In this document: one piece after another, positions 57,553 through 64,000 of the stretch | Numbering within the stretch: the stretch's first letter is position 1 | Layout: every line of letters starts with the position of its first letter | Made by a program: the position numbers and the translations under genes | NCBI GenBank assembly: GCA_049319825.1 | Contig: JBMORT010000009.1 | Span: forward strand, 67,349 to 131,348 | Source: Patescibacteria group bacterium | Lineage (GTDB): Bacteria; Patescibacteriota; Patescibacteriia; UBA11705; DATKZF01 | Reading direction: 5' to 3' | DNA: 64,000 nt | The notes under the pieces: model-generated | Database searches by the model: none | Told to the model about the DNA's origin: nothing | What the model saw: the letters and a program-made list of their open reading frames with translations, nothing else

Positions 57553-59130
57553 TTATAAAAGGCTGGCGCCGGTCATTTCTTTGGCTGTGGGCATTCCAAT
57601 TTCAGTTAAAATAGTGGGCGCGACATCGCTTAAAATTCCCAGCGGGGACATTAATGAAAGATCTCGGTTATCGGTCGTGATCGCTTGCCCTTGCCTTTGT
57701 TTGTTGATGATGATGAATGGAACGGGATAGACGCTATGTTCTTTGTCGGTCTTGCCTGTTTGTAAATTAACCAATTCTTCAGCGTTGCCGTGATCGCCGA
57801 CCAAAAACGCGCTGCCTCCTTTCTTAAGTATTTCCGGAATCAATCGGCCTAAATTATAATCCATGACTTCGACCGCCTTGATTGTCGCTTCCAGATTCCC
57901 GGTGTGGCCGACCATGTCCGGATTGGCGTAATTGACAATGATAAAATCATGTTTCTCCGCTTTTAGGTCATTGATTATTTCATCGGTCACTTTATCGGCG
58001 GACATGCCCGGAGTTTTATCATAGCTGTCTGTCAACGGAGAGGGGATAAGTATTCTGTCTTCGCCGGGGAATTTTTCTTCTCGCTGTCCGTTCAAAAAAT
58101 AAGTGACGTGCGCGTATTTTTCCGTTTCCGCGATATGCAGCTGAGACAAGCCAGCGTCGCTGATTATTTTCGCCAGTGGATTGCTTACGATTTGTCGAGG
58201 AAAGGCAACATGGACCGGCAGTCCTTTTTTATATTCGGTCATGGTTATGAAGGTCAAACCGTCTATCAAGTCCCTGCCAAACTTGTCAAAATTTGGTTCC
58301 ACAAATGCTTCGGTCAATTGCGCCGCCCGATCCGCTCGAAAATTGAAAAAAATTACCGCGTCTTGCCGGTCAATCGGCGCCAGTGGCTGGTTTTTTTTAT
58401 CAACCATGACCATTGGCGGGAATTGCTCATCGAAAATTTGTTGGGAATAAGCTGATTCAATGTCTTTGACGGCGTCATGAGATGATTTTTCCGATCGGCC
58501 CAGCGCGATCGCCTCATATGCTTTTTGAGTGCGCTCCCAGTATTGATTCCTATCCATGGCAAAAAATCTGCCGCAAACGCTGGCCAGCTGACCGCACCGC
58601 AATTTTTTCATTGTTTTTAGAGTGTCTTTTAAAAATTGCGCGCCCGAATCTTTGGTCGCGTCTCGTCCATCTAAAAATAAATGTAAAAAAGTTTGTTTTT
58701 TAAGCTTATTTTTTTTACACAAGTTCAGCAGCGCTTCAAGATGACGCTGATGAGCGTGAACACCACCATTGCCGATCAACCCCAGCAAATGAAGTTTGGA
58801 TTTGGATTTTATCACTTTTTCAATGGCCGATATCAAGGCCGGATTGGAAAAAAAAGATTGATCCTCGATTGATTTGTCGATTCTAGGCAAACTTTGATAA
58901 TGCAGAACGCCTGATCCAATGTTGACGTGCCCGACTTCGGAATTTCCAACCTCTCCCCAAGGCAATCCCACGTTCATGCCCGAAGCTTCGAGCAGCATTG
59001 TTGGGAAATCTCCGGTAATTTTGTCCAGGTAAGGTTTATGGCTAAGAGAAATGGCGTTTGAATCATTGGGAGTGGTTATACCGAAGCCGTCGAGGATAAT
59101 CAGGACGGCGGGTTTGAGTTTTAGTGCCAT
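57553..59130 (-). CDS. gpmI: 2,3-bisphosphoglycerate-independent phosphoglycerate mutase
   Basis: start at MALKLKPAVLIILDGFG; GNSEVGH motif; binuclear-metal C-terminal domain. Confidence 0.9.
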   Translation of the reverse strand: MALKLKPAVLIILDGFGITTPNDSNAISLSHKPYLDKITGDFPTMLLEASGMNVGLPWGEVGNSEVGHVNIGSGVLHYQSLPRIDKSIEDQSFFSNPALISAIEKVIKSKSKLHLLGLIGNGGVHAHQRHLEALLNLCKKNKLKKQTFLHLFLDGRDATKDSGAQFLKDTLKTMKKLRCGQLASVCGRFFAMDRNQYWERTQKAYEAIALGRSEKSSHDAVKDIESAYSQQIFDEQFPPMVMVDKKNQPLAPIDRQDAVIFFNFRADRAAQLTEAFVEPNFDKFGRDLIDGLTFITMTEYKKGLPVHVAFPRQIVSNPLAKIISDAGLSQLHIAETEKYAHVTYFLNGQREEKFPGEDRILIPSPLTDSYDKTPGMSADKVTDEIINDLKAEKHDFIIVNYANPDMVGHTGNLEATIKAVEVMDYNLGRLIPEILKKGGSAFLVGDHGNAEELVNLQTGKTDKEHSVYPVPFIIINKQRQGQAITTDNRDLSLMSPLGILSDVAPTILTEIGMPTAKEMTGASLL

Positions 59131-59134
59131 ATTA

Positions 59135-59371
59135 TCATTTTTTGGTGGAATCCTTAATAATCTGTTCGATTCTTTTATCCATTTCTTCCGCATCTTTGGT
59201 GATTTGCTCTTTTTTAAATTGGTCATCTTCTTTTTCCGCCTTAACCACGTAGATGTTTCGGTCATAAATCAATTGAGTGATCTGCGGCAGCAGCTGAGCT
59301 TTGGCGTCCGGATCAACGACGCCATGATCGGCGAAATATTGTTCGATTGATTTTTGTTTAATTTGATTCAT
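59135..59371 (-). CDS. hypothetical small acidic protein, apparently translationally coupled to gpmI
   Basis: its stop lies 4 nt upstream of the gpmI ATG. Confidence 0.4.
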   Translation of the reverse strand: MNQIKQKSIEQYFADHGVVDPDAKAQLLPQITQLIYDRNIYVVKAEKEDDQFKKEQITKDAEEMDKRIEQIIKDSTKK

Positions 59372-59461
59372 ATTTTTTTAGTTATTATCTAAATTATACA
59401 GCATCGGTCTGAAATCTCAAAATTTTTTGATATAATAAAAATAATCTTATAATAAAAAAAT

Positions 59462-59734
59462 ATGAAAAAAATTTTTGAGCAACCAGAGTCTCTCAAGCTT
59501 GAAGTCTTGGAAAAATTATCAGCGCTCATTACCGCCGGGTTCGGATTGGTGGCGGCGCTGGCCTGGAATGACGCCATCAAGGCGATGTTTAATAAATTTT
59601 TTCCGGCGCCGACCGGCAATTTGGTGGCCAGCATTGTGTACGCGTCATTTATTACGATTGTGGTGGTGGCGGTGACCATGCAATTCGGTCGGGCGGTCAG
59701 TAAGGCTAGAAAGCATATTAACAAAACAAATTGA
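59462..59734 (+). CDS. DUF5654-like small membrane protein
   Basis: LITAGFGLVAALAWNDAIKAMF pattern; tentative. Confidence 0.45.
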   Translation: MKKIFEQPESLKLEVLEKLSALITAGFGLVAALAWNDAIKAMFNKFFPAPTGNLVASIVYASFITIVVVAVTMQFGRAVSKARKHINKTN

Positions 59735-59827
59735 CCGATCCGTCGCTTGAGTTTAAAACATTTATCCCCATGCGGAAATTGTTAAAAAATGGTATAATTT
59801 TCATAGTCAAGACTTTAAGCCAAGAAA

Positions 59828-61759
59828 ATGATTAGCAGAACAATCAAAAGAATTTTTATAATATTCGTGATGATCGTCATGGCGCCGTTTTTTTGTGTTA
59901 ATAAAGACGCGCATGCCGCCATTTTAATAAATGTTTCCGATGCCATGTCCGTTGTGACCATAAACGATGACTCGGATCACGTGATCAAAATGCAAACACC
60001 GTCGGGCGTGCACGCGCCGGCGGCAACCATTACCATTGCTTTTGACAATAATTTTATTGTTTCCGGAGTTTCTTACGCGGATATTGATTTATCCCATGGA
60101 CCGGCGACCGGTTATGAAACCGAAGAGTCTTTGGCCGCCGCCGCGGGAGTGAATGTTTGGGGGGCGGCTTTTTCCGGCAACATGTTAACTTTGGTGCCGC
60201 CGACCAATGCCGGCGCCAATGAGATTGGCGCAGGCGATATAATCGTGATTGAGATCGGCACTATCGCCGCCGGCGGCATAAACATGATAAATAACCCCGC
60301 GGCGGAAGGGACATACCCGATAGCCATTGCCGGCGGCTTTGGCGATTATAAAACTATCAGCGTGCTGGTGAAAAACACCATTGTCGGTATTACCGCCGTG
60401 GTATCGTCGCCTCCGGGCGGAGGCGATGCCACGCCGCCGATAATTTCCAATGTTCAAGTAATTAATATCACGCCGTATAGCGCCACGGTAACCTGGCAAA
60501 CCAATGAGAATGCCAATTCATTTGTTGATTACGGGCTAACACTGGCCTATGAAATCGGTACGGTTTTTGATTCTTCCTATGTGACCGCTCATTCACTTGA
60601 TTTAACGGGATTAATACCTGACACTTTGTATCACTTCCAGGTGATTTCCCGAGATATTTCCGGCAATATGGCCGTCGCCGGAGACTTCACTTTTACCACA
60701 TTGCCATTGATCAGCGAATTGATCATCTTTAACGTGCGCGCGGAAAATATTACCGCCCACTCGGCCGACATAGTCTGGGAAACTAATTTGGCCGCGGATT
60801 CACGCGCGGATTTCGGATTAACCGAAGGGTATGAAATCGGCTATAGCGAAAATGGAAATTTGGTGTTCGTACACACGATACCTCTGTTCGGGTTGCTGGC
60901 GGATACGACTTATTATTTTTCCGTCACTTCAAAAGACGGCGATGGGCATGAAGTCACCAGTATCGGTCATTCATTTACCACATTAGCCGAGGAATTTTTT
61001 GTCCCCAATGTCAATAATTTTCAAGCGGAAGCCGATATTGACAATGCCAGAGTGATCCTGACCTGGGTTAATCCTGATTTCCCCGAATTCGCCGGCGTAT
61101 TGATCAAGCGCAGCACCATCGGCTATCCGGCCACGCCACTGGAAGGGAATTTTGTGTATGATGGAATTGCTCAGCTCGCATACGACACCAATGTCGAATT
61201 CGGTATAATTTATTACTATTCGGCGTTTGCCTACGATATCAACGGAAATTTTTCCTCGGGTGCGTTCGCCTGGACTGTTTTGATTCCGGAATATTCAGTG
61301 CACATTAAAGCGTGGCCGGAAAAACGCGTTCCGCGCGAGGGCAATTGGGAGACAAACGGCGTGCTGGCCTTCCTGACTCCGGGTACGCCGGTTATCACCA
61401 ATCTTTACTCCGTCACTACTGATAATCTGGGCGAGGCCGATGTTTTGGTCGATGATTTGCTGCCGGGCGCCTATGATACGACTTTCAAGGGTTTATCCCA
61501 CCTCAAAAAAAAGGTAACCGACATCGACATTGATCCGGTGTCCCACACATTTATAGACTTTACTTTTGGAGAATCATTCAGCGTATTAGCCGGCGATGTT
61601 CATGTGTCCAAGGACAACTATGTCAATGGATTGGATATTTCGGCCATGGTGCCTTATCTGTATTCGGGTAATGTCGATGCCGATTTGAATTTGGATTCTC
61701 AGGTCAATGGACTGGATCTGAGCATTTTGGTATATAATCTTTACAAATGGGGCGATTGA
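59828..61759 (+). CDS. secreted protein with FN3-like domains and C-terminal dockerin-like module
   Basis: signal peptide; YSATVTWQTNE...FVDYG FN3-like segments; two DxNxDxxVNGLDxS calcium-loop repeats at the C-terminus. Confidence 0.6.
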   Translation: MISRTIKRIFIIFVMIVMAPFFCVNKDAHAAILINVSDAMSVVTINDDSDHVIKMQTPSGVHAPAATITIAFDNNFIVSGVSYADIDLSHGPATGYETEESLAAAAGVNVWGAAFSGNMLTLVPPTNAGANEIGAGDIIVIEIGTIAAGGINMINNPAAEGTYPIAIAGGFGDYKTISVLVKNTIVGITAVVSSPPGGGDATPPIISNVQVINITPYSATVTWQTNENANSFVDYGLTLAYEIGTVFDSSYVTAHSLDLTGLIPDTLYHFQVISRDISGNMAVAGDFTFTTLPLISELIIFNVRAENITAHSADIVWETNLAADSRADFGLTEGYEIGYSENGNLVFVHTIPLFGLLADTTYYFSVTSKDGDGHEVTSIGHSFTTLAEEFFVPNVNNFQAEADIDNARVILTWVNPDFPEFAGVLIKRSTIGYPATPLEGNFVYDGIAQLAYDTNVEFGIIYYYSAFAYDINGNFSSGAFAWTVLIPEYSVHIKAWPEKRVPREGNWETNGVLAFLTPGTPVITNLYSVTTDNLGEADVLVDDLLPGAYDTTFKGLSHLKKKVTDIDIDPVSHTFIDFTFGESFSVLAGDVHVSKDNYVNGLDISAMVPYLYSGNVDADLNLDSQVNGLDLSILVYNLYKWGD

Positions 61760-61792
61760 TTTGAATCAAAGAATTATTAGCTTATTAATATT

Positions 61793-64000
61793 ATGACAAA
61801 AATAAAAAAAGCACTGTTTGGGTTGACGATGGTTTTGGCGTGCTTAATCGGGTTGGCTTCGATGGCCGCCGCCGCCGAATTTCATCTGTCACCGGCGTCC
61901 GACACGTTAAGACAAGGCTGTGAATACTCCGCCAACATCATGATTAATACCGAAGGAGTCGAAACAAACGCCGCCGATGCCGTGATAGTTTTTAATCCCA
62001 ATGACGTGGAAATTCTGGATCAAGTGACCAATATGCCCGGCGTGCAGGTTAAACCCGGAACCGTTTATCAAATGTATCCGGGAAACGTGGTCGATGAGGC
62101 GCAGCAGCGGATATTGCTTACGGGCTTCAATGTCATCGGCGGATATACCGGCACGGGGGTATTTGGATCAATTGTTTTTCGAAGCAAACCGGGTGTCACC
62201 AATACCAATTTTAATTTTTATTTTGTGCCGGGATTGACGACCGACAGCAATATCGCCGACATGCTCAGCAATGACGTGTTAACCCGCGTCGCCAACGCGT
62301 CCTATACTTTCGTCCCTGGACCATGCGTCGATGATACCACACCGCCGTGGGTACAGAATCCATCTCCCAGCCCGGGACAGCAAGGAGTGCCGCTCAGTGC
62401 CAATGTCGCCTTCAATATACTTGATAACGCCGCTGGTGTTGATTTGAATGCTGTGACTGTCAAAATTGAGGGGATTGAATATAAATTGGCCGGCCCGAAT
62501 ACATTCACTTACACCGGCGATCCGCTAAATTATAGAATCACCGTGGATACTATCCAAGATTTTACACCGGATACGCCTGTTCAGGTGGAAATTCGCGGCC
62601 AGGATTTATCCGGCAATACGATGAATCCCTATATTTACACTTTTAATGAGCCGATCCCGGATACGGCTCCGCCATACGTGCAGAATCCTGATCCGAGGCC
62701 GGGGCAAAGAGACGTGCCGCTTAATCAAAATGTCGCTTTTAACGTGCTGGATAATGATTCCGGCGTGGATATTAACACCGTCAGAATCGTGGTTGATGGC
62801 GTTACCTATCAATTGTCCGGGCCAAATACTTTCAGTTATACGGGTGACAGCGGTAATTTTAGAGTGACAGTCGATCCGATAAATAATTTTCCCGCCGGCA
62901 CTGGCGTGAGCGTCGAGATTCGAGCGAGCGACTTGGCCGGCAATGCCATGGCGCCATATCGATATCGATTTAACGAACCCATTCCCGATAACACGCCACC
63001 ATGGGTGCAGAATCCGTCGCCTCAGCCTAATCAACGAGATGTGCCGCTCGACGCCAACGTGTCTTTTGAAATACTCGATGATGTTTCCGGGGTTGATATC
63101 GACTCGGTCGCCGTTTCCATTGACGGCATCTTATACACTCTCGCCGGCGCCAATTCATTCAGCCGAACCGGCGATCCGTTAAGGTATTTTATTGAAGTCA
63201 ATCCGATTCAGGACTTTCCGGATCAGCAGGCGGTGATAGTTGAAATAAACGCCCGCGACTTGCGAGGCAATGTCATGGCTCCATATCGTTATCGCTTTAA
63301 TGAGCCGATTCCGCCGCCGCCAACTTGCGAAGAGCTGGGCTGCACCTGCGAATCAATGAGTTGCGTCACCCAGTGCGCGCCATGCGAATATCAAATCCCA
63401 GAACCGACAGTGCCGCCCGATCTGCGTTTGGGTTTGGAAAATGTCGAATTTTGGGCGGCCGGACACACGATTCAGCTGATCCCGAATGCCGATCATTATG
63501 TAACGGTGTTACCCAGCCAAGTGTACGAAGTGGAGCTGGATGCCGAGGCATTGCCCAAAGCAGCGGCCAGTGTCGAATGGTTGGTCGCGGCGTCCGCTTA
63601 TCGATTGGCCCGAACTCAGGATGGCTTGCTTTATAAAACCAGCGTTCAAAGCGATTTTATCCCGGGAAATTATTTAGCCAGCCTGATTGTCAATTACTTG
63701 GACGGTTCGATCGACGTGCTCAAATTCGGGGTGACTGTCGCGCCCTTTGGGTTGATTTATGAGGAAAGCGACGGACAGCAGTCGGTGGTTTCCGGCGCGT
63801 TAATCACATTAAACAGAGCTGATGGCAGCACCTGGCCGGGCAGCGCTTATGCGCAGACAAACCCAATGTATTCCAACAGTTATGGCAACTTCGGTTATAT
63901 GGTATTGCCCGGCAATTATCGAATTTTGATTCAAAAAGAAGGTTATCGTGATAAGGAGGTGGCCATATCATCCAGCTTGATAATCAATCCTCAAATCGAG
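61793..64000 (+). CDS. large secreted surface protein, 3'-partial (runs off the window), with three tandem ~109-aa domains
   Basis: frame stays open from ATG 61793 to the window end; signal peptide; tandem repeats; Cys-rich linker; C-terminal PGNYRILIQKEGY carboxypeptidase-regulatory-like motif. Confidence 0.6.
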   Translation, partial: MTKIKKALFGLTMVLACLIGLASMAAAAEFHLSPASDTLRQGCEYSANIMINTEGVETNAADAVIVFNPNDVEILDQVTNMPGVQVKPGTVYQMYPGNVVDEAQQRILLTGFNVIGGYTGTGVFGSIVFRSKPGVTNTNFNFYFVPGLTTDSNIADMLSNDVLTRVANASYTFVPGPCVDDTTPPWVQNPSPSPGQQGVPLSANVAFNILDNAAGVDLNAVTVKIEGIEYKLAGPNTFTYTGDPLNYRITVDTIQDFTPDTPVQVEIRGQDLSGNTMNPYIYTFNEPIPDTAPPYVQNPDPRPGQRDVPLNQNVAFNVLDNDSGVDINTVRIVVDGVTYQLSGPNTFSYTGDSGNFRVTVDPINNFPAGTGVSVEIRASDLAGNAMAPYRYRFNEPIPDNTPPWVQNPSPQPNQRDVPLDANVSFEILDDVSGVDIDSVAVSIDGILYTLAGANSFSRTGDPLRYFIEVNPIQDFPDQQAVIVEINARDLRGNVMAPYRYRFNEPIPPPPTCEELGCTCESMSCVTQCAPCEYQIPEPTVPPDLRLGLENVEFWAAGHTIQLIPNADHYVTVLPSQVYEVELDAEALPKAAASVEWLVAASAYRLARTQDGLLYKTSVQSDFIPGNYLASLIVNYLDGSIDVLKFGVTVAPFGLIYEESDGQQSVVSGALITLNRADGSTWPGSAYAQTNPMYSNSYGNFGYMVLPGNYRILIQKEGYRDKEVAISSSLIINPQIE
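62333..63322 (+). repeat. three in-frame tandem repeats of ~327 bp (coding)
   Basis: each starts D[TN]xPPxVQNP.P.PxQ and ends APYRYRFNEPIPD. Confidence 0.8.

Noticed and set aside
1-64000. CRISPR arrays and rRNA genes
   Set aside because: No array of regularly spaced identical repeats was found, and no 16S/23S/5S-like conserved blocks. The only regular repeats are the ATAACGC heptamer arrays, the two-copy 175-bp hypE repeat and the in-frame protein-coding tandem repeats.

Overview
AT-rich (~40% GC), gene-dense bacterial window. Gene content is typical of a reduced Patescibacteria/CPR-like genome: many small hypothetical and membrane proteins, two four-helix-bundle (4HB) proteins, a DUF5654-like protein, NUDIX/flavodoxin/HAD housekeeping genes, and dockerin/FG-GAP surface proteins. 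No rRNA gene and no CRISPR array were seen. Three tRNAs are supported: Ser-GGA and Val-CAC on +, Asn-GUU on -.

Core genes recognisable by motif:
- pseudouridine synthase
- beta-CASP RNase
- recQ
- typA/bipA
- dnaG-rpoD (macromolecular synthesis operon)
- gpmI
- TrmH-family methyltransferase (MTase)
- CPBP protease
- DsbA
- GT4 glycosyltransferase
- CDP-alcohol phosphatidyltransferase

Highlights:
1. A contiguous archaeal-type AMP/nucleoside salvage module: ribose-1,5-bisphosphate isomerase, HAD hydrolase, form II/III RuBisCO and AMP phosphorylase.
2. A chimeric transcription-factor-like protein directly downstream of tRNA-Val. It combines sigma-70 region-4 HTH modules with an RNA polymerase alpha-subunit C-terminal domain (alpha-CTD). 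A ~320-nt GC-rich structured leader precedes it and a 1064-aa FG-GAP beta-propeller surface protein follows it.
3. A minus-strand [NiFe]-hydrogenase maturation cluster (hypC, hypD, hypE) with no hydrogenase structural genes, hypA or hypB in the window. It is interrupted twice. A 4HB-gene cassette with inverted arrays of ATAACGC heptamers sits between hypC and hypD. A two-gene insertion (SAM-MTase plus Cys-rich lipoprotein) is bracketed by ~175-bp direct repeats that duplicate the hypE 3' end. Nearby, a histidine kinase is followed by a stand-alone HypF C-terminal (Kae1-like) half.
4. A ~450-bp GC-rich, palindrome-dense intergenic element with two direct copies of a conserved motif-plus-hairpin, possibly an IS200/IS605-derived non-autonomous element or an ncRNA.
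5. A CHASE2 adenylate/guanylate cyclase flanked by a FecR-like membrane protein and an HD-domain hydrolase.
6. Bro-N paralogs (one truncated), a frameshifted HD-domain gene at an A-run, a stand-alone DnaJ-type CxxCxGxG zinc-finger miniprotein, and a 53-aa zinc-ribbon ORF missing from the ORF track.
7. A giant 3'-partial surface protein with three ~109-aa tandem repeats.
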